The notes beneath the pieces are model-generated. The model was not told the origin of the DNA. It saw nothing but the letters and a program-made list of their open reading frames with translations, and did no database searches. The position numbers and the translations under genes were made by a program. Below, piece by piece: positions 44,326-58,200 of a stretch of DNA of 64,000 bases. The stretch comes from the human T2T-CHM13v2.0 reference genome, Homo sapiens. Within the stretch, counting starts at the first letter, position 1. Every line of letters starts with the position of its first letter. The stretch lies in NCBI RefSeq assembly GCF_009914755.1, contig NC_060937.1. One strand, written 5' to 3'.

Positions 44326-47300
44326 AGACAAATTTAAAAAGCACCCAGTCAAGTAAGGAGGAGAACTAATGCTTAGATTCCAGTTAGAAATGTTGCATAT
44401 ACAATGTAGATACAGGTTGCCATGGGAGCCCAAAGCAGGTGCCTTTAAATCACACAGCCTCTCATTTTCAAGACTTCTTTAAAGAGACTTAAAGGGATTC
44501 TATTTTCTTAAGATATGTGATTCAGGTCTTGTGTTCCCCTTTGGGACACAAAGCTTGTACATATTCTTGGAACTCAGTTGTCTAGAATAATGAGAATTTT
44601 TTTATGATGTTGATTTTATTCAGATCAAAAACGTCATTCATGTTGGAAATATTTCTATCTATTCTAATCCAAACATTGAACGAGCATCACTGTCTATAGT
44701 GAATATACTTAATATATAATATTCCACATAGAGAAATTTGATAAAACTCAAACAACTTTGAGACTACCTAAGGATTTACTGTGTTCCAATGTCTGACAAT
44801 ATGTAAACTCACTTTTTGTTCATGAGAAATCTAGTTTACAAATATAGCCGTGGAGTCCTTTAAGATAATGGCCTTAATGACAAGAAAAAAAGTACCTATG
44901 CCATATGAAAAACTCACTTTTGCAGTCCATAAGTTATAAATAGCCCTGTTGCAGTTTCAGTAGCTGGCTGGCAGCCAGGAGAGAGAGGAAAACAGATTGA
45001 GGTTAGCCACAGGGAGAAAATGAAGTTGGGCAGAAGGCTTAAACAATGTGAAAGCTTCAAAGAAACATAAACGTGTATTTTAGCAGGGGAAACAAGAGGA
45101 AAATCACATGTAGTTACTATTGTGTTAGCTTTCTCTGAAGTTCCATTATCTCTTCAACTATCTCTCATACGTATTGAGAAAACTGAAAGGAGGAGTTAGA
45201 GGAAGTAAAATATGAAACATATAATAATCATATAGCATGCTTTGGCAGTACATTCCACTTCCTGTATTTGGAAGAGTAGCCTGGGGATGCAGAAAAGCAG
45301 AGAGGAAACAGAGGGTGCAGTACAGGAAATGCTTGGTCAGTGCACATATGCTGCTGAGTTTATGGAACATCTTTACAAAGTAGCTAAGCCTTCCCCAAGT
45401 GTAATAGTGACAATTTTAATAGAGATATCAGCATACAAGACAATATATAATTGTGCTTCTTGAAAACTACTTTATGAATCTACTTCCTATCTTATCAAAA
45501 ACAATCAATGCAAAATGAATTGCATTACTCTTGAAGACACAAATCTATGTAAATATTAATTGGATGACGTTTTATAGTTTAACCTCTACAACAGGTGAAA
45601 ATTTATTGAGAAATAACATTTGACTTATCTCTACAACTATATGGAAAACAACTTGTAGCTATAGTGTAATTAACATTTCTCCCCTAATTGAATATTTTAA
45701 GAGAAATCAGTTAAGAGCTTTCTTTTTGTACAAATAGTAGATTCTCTCATGATGCATGAAGAAACTTGAAGACACACTTTAGAGAATTTATAATACAGAG
45801 AATCAGGAAACTTACACTCTGAAACAGTAACAAAGTGATCAAATGTCTAGTATGGCTGAAACTCTATTCCATTTGCATATTATGTCCTTTGCCTTTGAGT
45901 GTAAAAATTAACCCAATCGAGTCCAAAGACAGTGCTAAAAATTTAGGTAATACTTCTGGTTCATAGACAATTTTTCAAATCCATAGTGCTTAGCACTTCA
46001 GCAATTGAAATGGTTTCATTTCCAAATCACAAAAATGACAATTTAGAAGTTAATGCTCCTTAGAGACTTATTGCTATTACCCAGAGATTTCCAGGCCAGT
46101 AATAATTTGTTTTCCTCTACTTAGAAAATAATTCATTTTCATGTTCTGTGGTAATATTGAAGCATTAACTTATCTGCTTCAAAATAACACACAGTGTTAT
46201 ATATACAAAATAATTTTTACTTCTGAAGTACTTTCAAATGTATTTGGTCATTTCTAATATGAAACCCTCACTTTTGAGTTTAGAAATAAAGAAACTAATT
46301 GACATACCCATATTTACAGAATAAACTATATACTACAAATAATATACTACATTTATCATTTTCTAATTTCTATTGCAGAACTTCTTCTACCCACTATAGA
46401 AAGCAGCATTTTAGATAATAAGGTGATTTACTATATCCTTTAATAATAATAAATGTTCTAAGTTTTTTAGAAATAAAATATTCTCAAACTATCCTAATTC
46501 TCATGTATGAAGTCATAAAATTGAGTTGCAACCAGTCTACTTAAAATTAATGTGTAGTAGTGGAAAAGACTGCATTTCTGCAGAATTTCAATTCATATAT
46601 ATGACTAGAAAAATATTTGACAATGCTTTAAGCCATTTAGTTTTTATGAATTTATCGCTGTATAGATCCTATGCTTTATTCTTATATATTTACAACCAAC
46701 CAGTGTGACCATTTTCAGTTAATTGAGTGAGTTCAGCTTCATTTAACCACTTAATGAGTTACTAATATCATTTTTTATAAAATGAATTTCTGCAATGGTA
46801 AGCAGGTAGAAATTGGGGAGTACATTAATAATGCAAATGATTTACAGACATTTTCTTTTTTATGTTAGATTTTTTTAAAAAAATAAAAGCTATCTTTTTT
46901 TTAACCCAACTGTAGATTATCTGGGAAATGTAAAAAAAAAAAAAATGGACAAATCAAACTCAAGTAATAATTTTGTAAGGATAGTAAAAGAAATGACAAA
47001 TAACTGTATTTTGTATTAATTCAGGTATTAAATTGTAATAGCAGTGTGGATGCTTGTCTTTGACAAGTTTTCTGGTAGTTCAAGAACAAACTTTCTTCAA
47101 AATACATATTCATATATATGTCTGACTGCAATAACTTTATTCAAAAGTTAATTTTAAAGCCATATTTTCATTATGACTCTGGATTATTTTCATAACAGTA
47201 TATTCATTATTTAGATAGGTAGACAGATGTATAATACATGTGGTAAAGAAAACTGTAAGTTTGAATTCTAGATCCAGATTTGTCCCATACAAGTTCTATA

Positions 47301-47340
47301 TACTTGGACAAATCTCCCAATACCTCGGTTAGCTTTTCTT

Positions 47341-47651
47341 TATTTTTATTTTTTTTTTTTTTGAGACGGAGTCTCACTCTGTCGGCCAGGCTGGAGTGCA
47401 GTAGTAAGATCTCAGCTCACTGCAAGCTCTGCCTTCTTGGTTCACGCCATTCTCCTGCCTCAGCCTCCTGAGTAGCTGGGACTACAGGCGCCCACCACCA
47501 TGCCCGGCTAATTATTATTATCATTATTTTTTTAGTAGAGATGGGGTTTCACCGTGTTAGCCAGGATGGTCTCGATCTCCTAACCTCGTGATCCGCCCGC
47601 CTTAGCCTCCCAAAGTACTGGGATTACAGGCGTGAGCCACCACGCCCGGCC
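47341..47651 (-). mobile_element. AluY, full length, probably inserted in a MIR remnant
   Basis: Antisense AluY diagnostics (ctgcaagctc, ttcacgccattc, gtgttagccaggatggtctcgatc). TSD gcttttctt (47332-47340 / 47653-47661). Linker expanded to (ATT)n. Confidence 0.97.
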
Positions 47652-50553
47652 CGCTTTTCTTATATTTAATATAAATCTGATTTGATCTATAACATTTAGT
47701 AACACACTGGGCTTCTTATGATAAGGTGGCATCATTTAGAAGTAAACCAGAAACAAGGACAAATAGAAAAATGTAGTGTAGAAAATGATGTAACAGTAAT
47801 TTGAATGCCTTTAAAAAAAGATAGCAATGAGAGTTACAACTGGCCACAGTTGTGCAAAAATTAGTGGTGAAATAAAAAGTTCAAAAGCAATAGCAGGGAA
47901 GCATGAACTAAGAGAATTTATATGAGTAAGTAAAAATATTGTTCCATGGGAAATTAATGAGGGTCATGGCGTAGTTCAGGAAATCATCCATAACAGAACA
48001 GTTAAGTAGAGGCAATAACATAAATACTATTTTTGTTATATTTACATTGTTACTATTATATTTTATTGTTAGTTATATATTTTATATATTGCCAGTTTTA
48101 TTGTTAGTAGTATATTTTATTGTTAGAATTAATTTATAATTATTATTGTGTTAACTTAAAGTTGCCTGGAAAAAAGTAATAGAAGTATATTGTAGAAGTA
48201 TATGGTCTTGCTTCCAATTAGTGGGATAAAATGGTGAGTGCATATGAACTAAGATGACATTGCACTGTGTCAGTATTTCCAGCAAATACAGCAGATAGGT
48301 TTGGGATTTGTTCTGGGAAACATAAGTGCGAAACAGAAATGTGGCAAGGATAGGGTGGGATTAGCCATTCACCAGGTGTTTTCCAATAGAAACAAAGAAA
48401 GATTGTTGTTATAAAAGAAGACAATTAAAGCCACGCTTTGTGTAAGGCACTAGAACTCATCTGGGAGAAATGTGCAGTCAGGAAATGTGAGTTTCCTATG
48501 GAGGAAAGTGACAGGGCACATTTTCCCATAAAATGCACGCAATCTTTATTTGCGAAAGAACACCGTATCTATGCAATGCTCAATAGCTGGACCCACTTCA
48601 AGGACCCTATATGAAAGTTAGAAGAAAAGAACAGTTATAGTAACATTCTCCTAAGTTAACACACTATGTTTCTACAGTGGGTAGGAATAGGGCAAGGGAG
48701 GGACTGTCAGAAAGAAATGCAGACAAAAAAGCAAAGACTGATTTCAGGTTGAAATTAGAGTAACAGAGACAAGAAAAACAGAAATCGCAAGGGAATGATA
48801 CGAAGTATGGCAGAAGTTCAGCAGGGAGGAGATGGGTCTTGCCGAGAAAAGGAGACAAAAAAATGTCCGAGGAGACACTTTTGTCTACAGACCTCAGATG
48901 AGGAAGAGATGGGGGCAGGATCAAAGTGAATGAATGGAGAAAAAACCAAAGAAATGAGAATAGCAGGACCATGGTTAAAAGAACCTCATTTCCCAACAGG
49001 CAGAATATAGCAGAAGATAAATCAAAAAGAAATACAGCTTAAAAGGTAAAATAAAATAAGTGTAACTGAAGAAGACAAAGGTTAAAAGAAAGAAGTTTGA
49101 AAGAGAACTTGAAATGTTGAACCAACCACATAAATAGATGGAAAAGGTAATGCAATGTCCTGGAGGAATCATCAGTAAATGTGTGTTACATTCAATTCTC
49201 TTATAATCAGCCTAGGTATTCATGAGAAAGCAAATGAGTTAAAGCAGCAGAAGTCACCCAAATGTTAAGACAAACTGCTGTTAAAAAATGAAACATAATA
49301 AAGGCAGAAGAGTGGAAGGAGGAGGCTGGGCATGGGGACCAGGGTCAAGGAGGAGAAGGAGGAGAAATAGAATGACAGTTTGAGAAAACAGGTGTGTTTT
49401 GTTTTGCTTTAGGTGTTCTGGGCCATAGTTTCCTTTCGTGTTAGGAGAGCAGATGGGACTTCAGGATGGCTAAGGTCTCCCTGTCCTCTAGCCTTCTGGG
49501 GGTTTGCCCTTCCATTCTGGCAATATGGAATACCAAATATAGAGAAGGTCAAAGACACTGTTTTGGAGTCCATGGGCAGACGTAGCCAAGCAGCTCAGAA
49601 GCGTATTTCAGATTGAAACATAGGATTCAAGTACAAATTTGAGAAATTTCTTTAGTCTCAAGATTTAGGACTCTTCCCAGTGAAAATAAGTGAATATAAT
49701 CTGCCCAGGAGTTGTAGTTATGACATATTATAGGTTTTTAAAAGGAAAGGAATCTACATGGAGAATTTTGTGATTTGAGCTAGAAAAAATAACCTGTCTT
49801 AGAAAAAAAAAAAAAAAAAAGCAAGTCTGATTCTAAGCCCAAAGTAATGTCAAATTGTCTGACATCAGCCTGTTAGAATGTACTATAGAAGAATGTATGT
49901 TGAGTTATACATGCTAATCGTCTGAAATAGAAGTATAGTAAGTTGAAGTATACACAAGAATTGATATTGTATATACAGAAATAAGAATTTTGAAATAGAA
50001 AAAAGAGTACATTTTTTCATCATGATATTGCAATAGCTAAAACTAATTTCACACAATCCTGAAAATTTGGAAGTCATATGGAGGATTTAAAAACGTATGT
50101 TACAACAGGAAGAAATTTAAATATTTAAATATAATCAATGGAAGAGAAAGCTTGCTTTAATTTTAAGATGTCACTAATTACATAACCAGGTAAAATATGA
50201 TATTAGATACAGATATAAAAACAGAAACAGACAAGCAAATATTCTGTTTTTGCATTTAGTGACATACATAGGCTTTTTTCAAGCAAAGAGAAGGAAACTG
50301 AAATAGGACTACCAAAGAAACAAAAAGATGGGAAGAGGGCAAATGAGAGAAGACTACAGTGACATAGCCTGCATAATAATACAGGGACAGATTTGTAAGA
50401 ATAGATTCCCTGTTTAGATACATATTGCAAGGCAGGGCACAAAAGGATGATGGTGGTGGGCTTAAGAGATGTAAGTAATAGAGCATAAGAATCTATAGCA
50501 TAAAAGAAAATGATGTGAATTAACACTGCAGCATCGCTCAAAATATTTAAGAG

Positions 50554-50948
50554 TGTTAAGCAAAACTAAAATTGGCCAGAGGCTGCGGCTATACCTTATA
50601 TCCTACATAAAATACTGCTACCTAATTTAGCACATAAACAAACTGAAAGCCTAATTTAGGAGCGTGCCTTTTGTAACAACTCATGGAGTCTCAGCCAATC
50701 ACAGCAGCGGAGCTTCAGCCAATCACATTCTGCCAATTTATCAGACCACGCACATGTGAGGCAAATGCCCGGCTGTAACCAGTCACGCTGTTTCTGCACC
50801 TCACTTCCAATTTCTGTCTATAAATCCTGCCTGCCCACGGGAGCAGAGCTCTCTGAACCTCTGGTTTTGAGGGCTGCTGGACTGGCAGATAGTTATTTGC
50901 TCAATTAGACCTTGTTAAATTTAATGTGTCTGAAGCTTTTTATTTTCA
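50554..50948 (+). mobile_element. MER57-family ERV1 solo LTR
   Basis: TG...CA ends, 'aaacaaactgaaagcctaatttagga', tandem CAGCCAATCACA, 'ggcaaatgcccggctgtaacca', TATA-like ctataaat and 'tttgctcaatta'. Confidence 0.85.
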
Positions 50949-51259
50949 CGTGGATAAGTTAGTGAAGACAGGGAAGTTCTGGTTGATTGTAATGGTCTCA
51001 TTGCAAAGCATTTGAGGATGACCTGAACAAATCAGACTGTTTATAATGACCTATGGGAGAAAGGGCATGATAAAACAAGCATCATGGTGACACAGAAACT
51101 GTTATTAATACAATATCAAAAAGAAGAAGACTAGGAAAATACAAGCTGTGGATCACGAGCCTTCTTAACCCTGAATGTGCTTGGCCCGCGCTCACGTGCA
51201 TCTGTGTAACCTGATGAATTGTGGTGAAATTTGACTCCCCATGGTAACTCACTGGTTTT

Positions 51260-51862
51260 CATAGATCCAATGTCTTTCAATCCATGATACAATTATAGTT
51301 GCTTTGGTGGTTCATGTTAGATGCTCGCATTTTGGCTAATTGGGTTCCCTTCATGATGGCTGCCATGTCCTTTTGACATGACCTGGTGAGACTTTCTGTG
51401 GTCTCTGTTGCTTTCTAGCACAACACTTCCTAGGAGCATCGTGTGTATTTTTCAGCCCCAGACTGGAATCACTCTTCGTTTAAAGTATACTGGTTCTTTT
51501 TGGTGGGGAATCCCAAGTGCACATTTCATCTGAGTTGATGTTGATTCTAGGCTTTAACAATTCACAGAGTTACAATATACATAATATGGGGGGAAAATCA
51601 GTTCTCAGTGATATGTCCAACTGAATGTTGTTAACATTATGTAACTTGACGTGCTGGATTTTATACTTGAAGTAACTTGATGGTATTTGTTTGTATTGTA
51701 AAACAGTTACATGATCCCATTGTCAAAATAATAAAACAAGGTTCTTCAGAGCAGTCTGGCTTTTATCCCGATTAACTCAACCCTCTTCTCTATGTTGTCA
51801 TATATGCGGTCACTTTTTTAATTTTAATTTATCCTTTCAATGTTTCTTTTTGAAACTCTAGC

Positions 51863-51907
<45 letters not shown>

Positions 51908-52450
51908 ACTAATATTTACTCCTGTCTTAAACAAAATTCTGCATACTGTAAATATTGTTCTGCATTTTGCTTTTCATCCAACCACATCTCTTTCAGGTGA
52001 ACCTCTATCAAGGTGTCCATCGTCATATATCACTGCTTGTACTTTCCTTATTTAGATAGCACCCTAATAATAGATGTTTGGCTCCAGTTCCCTAATTCTT
52101 TGACGTTATAATGCCATAATTAGTAGTGTTGCATTTTTACCATAGTATCTGTAGAATGCAATTTTTTAAGGTGGGATTCTGAGTCAAATATTAAATCCAT
52201 ATGCAATTTTGCTGGATATTCTGAAATTCTTTTCCACAAGAATTCTACATTTTTTATTACAACTATCCATGTCAGAGTGCCTGTCTCCTCACTCCCTCAT
52301 CAGCAGAGCACATTATCAATTTCTTAGAATTCTGTCAATCTGTGTGAGAGAAGTAATACATCTTGGAATTTTAAATTTTCATTTCTGTTGTTGTGAGTGA
52401 AATTTAGCATCTCTTTACATTATTATAGGCCACATAAACATTATTTCAAA
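51260..52450 (-). mobile_element. Old L1M (L1MC/ME-like) 3' remnant
   Basis: 'ggctgccatgtccttttgacatgacc', 'cagccccagactggaatca', 'gtgggattctgagtcaaat'. Boundaries approximate. Confidence 0.65.
51866..51905. repeat. (AT)n microsatellite
   Basis: About 20 perfect AT units. Confidence 0.95.
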
Positions 52451-52689
52451 CCTAGATAATATAGTTACCTAGTAAGTGATCAAAATACTTAAAATGGACT
52501 CTATAATGAGGGAGTGGGAAAAGCAAAGGAGAAAGGCAGGTACAGCATCATAGTTGCTGTTAACCAATATGGCAGAGGGAAGCAATGCCAGGTCTATTAC
52601 TCATGAGAAACATGGGACAGATGCTCTCTGAGGTTCTAATAACTCTAAAATTCTTAATGTATGGTTCTCTTTGTGTTGAAAGTTATCCA

Positions 52690-53660
52690 TAGAATATTCT
52701 TCTTCTTTACATAAATGTCTTCTCAATAAGAACTCCAGATTTCTACCTCTGAATTCCCACCTACCTACTACTATTTTTACCCTGACTGCATAGCAATCAC
52801 TTGAAACTGAATATAGCCAGAGGCAAATTTTCTCTCTTCCCCCAAACCAGTCTGTACTCCACATTTGGCTATTTCATTCATAATCATCATTGTCTTTCCA
52901 ATCACGCAGATGAAATCTCTGGAATTGAATTTTATTAACTCTTCTCTCTTGTCCCTCAAACCCAGATAACTAAATTGAATTTGCTTTCTTCTTTGGAAAC
53001 AACTGCGGCTTTGAACCATTGCTGTCTATTTTCTTCAACAGTCTACTCCTATTTTCTAAAACATTACCCCTGCCTCTCAGCTGTTCCCTACATTGGTTTA
53101 TCTTATTAACCTTGAAGAGGCACATCACAGATTTAAATTTTGGAATTTTTTTTTCTTTTTATGTATCTCTCTAAAATAAAAACAAAACCCAAACTAATAA
53201 CTAAATGCAAACAATGAATCTACTCTTCTGCTGTAACAAACTTAAATTTCTGATCTGATCTTTTTGAAAATCATATATTTATTGTGTACTACATGATGTT
53301 TTCAAGTCTATATACATTGCAGGATAGTTTAATCTAGCTAATTCACAAATGCATTAGCTCATGCAGTTATCACTTTTGTTGTGAGAATACTTAACATCCA
53401 CTTATCTTGGCATTCATAGCCAAGTTGGCATCATTGAGCATTCCAAATGTATCGCCTAAAACTCTCTAATTTAAATTCTAGCCAAATTGGTCCATGCATG
53501 CTTCAAACATGCCGTGAATATATCCTGCTTTGTGATGCTTCGTCAGTACTGTTCTCTTTTTCTGAAATGTACTTTCTGCCTCTGTCCATTTAAAAATGTT
53601 TTCCTTCTCTAAAGCCCATGATCCTGAACTCCTTCAAGTCTATTAACATTATTTTAATCA
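52690..53660 (+). mobile_element. L2 LINE remnant (interrupted)
   Basis: 'gaactccagattt...cacctacctact...atcacttgaaactgaatat...cttcccccaaacc'. Boundaries approximate. Confidence 0.6.
53260..53405 (-). mobile_element. L1MA-like 3' terminal fragment
   Basis: 'atatttattgtgtactacatgatgttttcaag...tatacattg...tagctaattcacaaatgcatta...tttgttgtgagaatacttaa'. Confidence 0.8.
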
Positions 53661-53691
53661 CTTTTTAATGAACTTTTAAAAAATGTTGATC

Positions 53692-53852
53692 AGCCAGGCA
53701 TGATAGCGCAAGCCTGCTGTCCCAGCTACTGGAGGCTGAGATGGGAGGATCGTTTGAGCCAGAAGTTCAGAGCTGCAGTGAGCTATGATCTCACCTTTGC
53801 ACTCCAATCTGGGTGACAGAGCAAGACCCCATCTCTAAAACAAAAGAAAGAA
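53692..53852 (+). mobile_element. FRAM/FAM-type monomeric Alu (or AluJ right arm)
   Basis: 'gggaggatcgtttgagcc...gctgcagtgagctatgat...gacagagcaagaccccatctct'. TSD aaaaaatgttga (53678-53689 / 53853-53864). Confidence 0.9.
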
Positions 53853-54278
53853 AAAAAATGTTGAGGAGGTAGCTTATAACAAAGACATAGTGATGTGTAA
53901 TAATATCATGAATAAAAAATAGAGAAAAAACAGAAAGGAGGTAAAAATAATAGAAATATAATATTTTAGCCAGTAAAGAGATGTTTGTATATGCGCTTGT
54001 TCTGTCCTCTCAGGCTACAAGTGCCTGGACTGCAGACTGTGTCCTCGGTATGTGTTTGATTAATAAATAAGTATAAATCTCAGGGTGTATTCCCAGCATC
54101 TCAAGTACCTTGCACATAAGAGCTTCCAAATTAACCTGTTGATGTTCCAGTATCTGAGGAACTAACTGTTAAAGAGTTACAGTATAGGTGACAATTAAGC
54201 TACATTGGAACACGGATGGACAGATTGTGTGCAAAAATATTCTTGAATCACTTTTTACATAACATATCCCCATTGCAA

Positions 54279-54717
54279 TTGTTGTGGTGTTCAAGGCTGA
54301 ATTTCCTAAAGAGAGCCCAAGATGGAGCATAGTGTGCATACGTTTTATTGGGTAATAGTTTTAGGAACTACCCCTGTGAGAGAAAAAGGAAAGCAGGAAT
54401 CCTGAAGGGAGCGGCTGCCACACTGTGTGATTACAGCTGTAGCTCCACCTGATTCTTCAGTGAGCTGTGGCACTGGGATGCAGTTACCAGCAATGCAGAT
54501 AGGTGTACTGGGTGTTTACATTCATATCGGCCAGGCACAGGGTGTGCCTGATCTGAAGAAAGCTTAATCTGCCTCTCAGCAGTTCTCTGCAGCCAAGGGC
54601 AATTACCAGGGAAGTATTCAGCTGTGAGTCCCCAGAACCCCATATTCCAAGTAGATAATTGTTGGATCCATCAGCTCTGAATTGGGCATCTGGGCAAAGC
54701 CCGAAGACTCCACTACA
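54279..54717 (-). mobile_element. LTR16-like ERVL solo LTR
   Basis: TG...CA ends, 'gagagcccaagatggag...gttttattgg...acccctgtgagagaaaaggaaagcagga', ending 'ccactaca'. Confidence 0.6.
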
Positions 54718-57700
54718 TGTAACAACGTTTTACAGTTATGCTGGAGAAACAGTATCATCTCATACAGAAAACATTTAAGTGCAACGTTTAAAGACATATT
54801 TATTGTCCAGGTAATTTGTATGTTAATACTCTTTAGGTTCCCAAATACAGGCATATGAGTGTCTATATTCATGTTAATTATGTATGATTTTTTTAAATTG
54901 GGAAGAAAACAACAAGACAATGAATGACCATCATTATGGTAATATCATCACTATGATTGATATCATTTACTCTTTACTATTTGGAAATAAATATTATAAG
55001 TGGCTGAAAACACACCATTTTAAAAAATCATTGCCTATTAATGGATAAAAATGTCTACCTAAATTTAAATAAAAATGAATTAATTTTATCACAGAAATGT
55101 TGAGATGTAAAGAAGCCAATATCAGAAACACATTATTTTAAAGATTTTTTAATGCACTGAGGGGGAAGCATAAGAAGCTGACTTCAAAACTACTAACATG
55201 AATCTCCTATCCAATTTTTTTTCAAAAAAATGAATTTATTTGCCACACTCTTGCTCCATTGTCTAATTTATCTTCAATTGTCTTCAACTGCATCCTCTGG
55301 TAAATAGAAATATGTGCAGAGACAAGGAAGATAATTGGAGGATCACAAGATTAGATTGAACACTAGAATGGACTTCCCAGACATGGTGTCGAACTTCTCT
55401 CCCTGGTGTTTTAAAAATAGATACCCATCTGTTGAGAACAATTTTAATAAAATTCTGCCAGCTTATAGAATATATTCCTCATGTTTTGAATTCTCTGAAC
55501 TATCCTTTTAGAAAGCAAGCCCATGATAACCAATAGAATTTAAAAAGAAAGAGAGAAAGGAATCCTTAGGCTGTAATTTGTATTTGATTAATTAGCATAC
55601 AAAGAGGTGTTAGTTTGTTGTAAAATGTTTCTAAGTAGATGTTTATAGCCAAAATATATTTCCCACTAGATTACTGCAGTCTTAAGTATCTTAAGTAGGT
55701 TACCTTCTGGTTTAAATTACAGAGGAGGTATCCTTTCATTTTTTTTTTTTTTCAAACTGGGAATTGGGGATTTTAACTGGGCTGTGATTTCTAGGATTAA
55801 GGACATACTAGTTACTCATCAGAAAGGAACACATCATTGGATATCAGAATAATCTGGTAGATGACAACTTAGTTCAAACAGAAACCCCAAAATTAATTTC
55901 TTTGGTTTTTTTTTCCCCTTTAATATTAATACTCTCTCTTCAACCAGTGTGTCTTCTCCATTCTTGAAACCCCATTTCTTATTTTCATGGCTTCTGCTCA
56001 GTGTACCCAAGATAGTCACTGGGAGTCATGAGGAAGGAGGTGCCGGAGTCACTGAAATTGCCATGATGGCATGTCGTGTGGCAGCTGCCATGATATTGGC
56101 ACTTTTTAATTAAACATCAGAATAAATGCACCTCACATAATATTTCAAGTGTGTTTGTGTATATGTGCTTGTGTTTTAACCGAACATTAGGTAAAAATAT
56201 ATTATTTAACAGAAAATATTTTCCACTTTAAAGGAAGATACAAGAAAACTTTATACCCTATAAACTGGGGGAAATGAAAATTTACTCGACTTAGTCAAAT
56301 AACAATTTTGAATTTTAAATGCAAAAAAGTAAGATAGAGATTTTCAGTTTCATAGGTGGCAGAGGTATCTCATTATGACAATCTTGAACATGCTTACTGC
56401 ATTCTACATGTTCCTCTTATGAATATATTCATACTGGTGTAACTACAGATGAATATATAAGGTACAGAATATGAATATTGTAATGCAGAATTTTGAAAAA
56501 CCTGGAACTATATTAAGTCTCAACTGTTGTCTTTTATTAGCAAATGTGTCTATCTAATCACCATACTTATTAGTATACTCGAACAGCATATTGATCCTCA
56601 TTTGATATAAATTACAATATAATCACATAACAGATTTGAGTTTAACTGATTGCAAGCAAATGAGGAGCACATGATGAGACAAAACATGTGGATGTCAGTG
56701 CTCTAACCTTATGAATACTTGCACATGTTCAGGAAAGCCCATTGGATAAAATTTATGTATTGCTAATGATTTTTATTGGCCCCTTGGCCCAAAGTAGTGG
56801 CAAGTTGCCCAGGAATCTGAAGGAATCCTGTTTTCAGTTAGTAGTCAGAATGCAAAGAGTAATAAAATTCAGAAAAGCATGGTGAAAGCTAAAATACATT
56901 TATCCAGGTACAATGAGTCCAGCCAACCTTACGACTGTAATTTCTTTTGACTTTTTTTTTTTTCCTGAGGTTACGGCATTTCGCCTCATCAGGGTACCCT
57001 AGGAGGAGGATTGTTTTCACAAAGTCTAGAAAAGTGCTGCATTATCCATTTGTGCGTGTGTTTGTTTGTATTATGTGCCTGCACAATGTCATAAACTGGC
57101 TAATATGATCCACAGCTTTCTTTTTCTTGCTGAATAAATGATCTCTTATATCCCTGATGGAATTTCAGGCAAACCACTTTGCCCATATTAAAAGCAGGCA
57201 TTTGGATAATCCAAAATTCATATACAATTGTACATATGATCCCTCTCTTTATAAAGGTAAGGGCACATTTCCTGCTGAAGTCTATTCATTCAGTCTGCAA
57301 GAAAGAGATGTTACAGTTAAAGGCAGCACAAGAGCTTTTCTTCTTTTCTTTTTTTCAGTGAGCTTATTTCAGTTCTCATTACTAATTAAAAACTCATGTC
57401 AATTTTGCAAAAATATATTTAGAAAATATATTGAATCAGGACCCTAATTAGCCGTTGTAAGTATGAGAAGCAGCGTACAGGCAGAGAAGATGGAAAAGAA
57501 GGTCATTCTCAGGGGCCTGGAAGGGAGAACTAGATTGTAGTAGAACTTGAGGATAAGCACAAGCTTGGCTTCTACTTAGAGTAAATATAAGACACTCAGA
57601 TATCAAGGCACACACCGGTCATAACAGAGCAAGAGGCCAACCTGGTTGAACAGTTAGACTGGCAAACATGGCCAGTCCTGCAAGCATCCAGGTACTATAT

Positions 57701-57900
57701 TTGGTGACAACACTGCCACCAAAACATTCCAATTCCCTAGCAGTGGAAATCCTCTTTTTAAAATATGATATCAGGTAGAATTCAGATTATCCCAGTGGTT
57801 TTAAGGGGTTGGGTCGGCTGTATGAAATTCTCAATACATATATTTACCTTAATACACGTAAGAATTGGCAGTTCCTGTTCTTCCATGACATTTGTGAAAT

Positions 57901-58200
57901 CATCCTCAATTTGTCCATTACTTCAAGTACCACCCTCTGCAATGGCACGCCCTACATAAGACTCAAATTTCACATGTTTACCTGATGTGTTCATTATTTT
58001 CAACTGAATAACAATTGTTGGAACAAAAATCAGTAACCACAATAAACATATGTGTGCATTGCGGCTACTGATTTTTGTTCCAACAATTAGTATTCAGTTG
58101 AAAATAATGAACACATCAGGTAAACATGTGAAATTTGAGTCTTATGTAGGGCATGCCATTGCAGAGGGTGGTACCTGAAGTAATGGACAAATTGACGATG
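57901..58200. repeat. Long inverted repeat: 143-bp arms, 14-nt spacer
   Basis: 57901-58043 is the reverse complement of 58058-58200 with 7 mismatches and no gaps (manual comparison). Confidence 0.97.

Noticed and set aside
48660-50550. A/G-rich stretch that may be very old L2 or L1M sequence
   Set aside because: Too diverged to assign a family or boundaries by eye.
57901-58200. Palindrome as a MITE or known pre-miRNA
   Set aside because: No transposon TIR or TSD at its outer ends. The centre and the right boundary are fully explained by the L1 junction.
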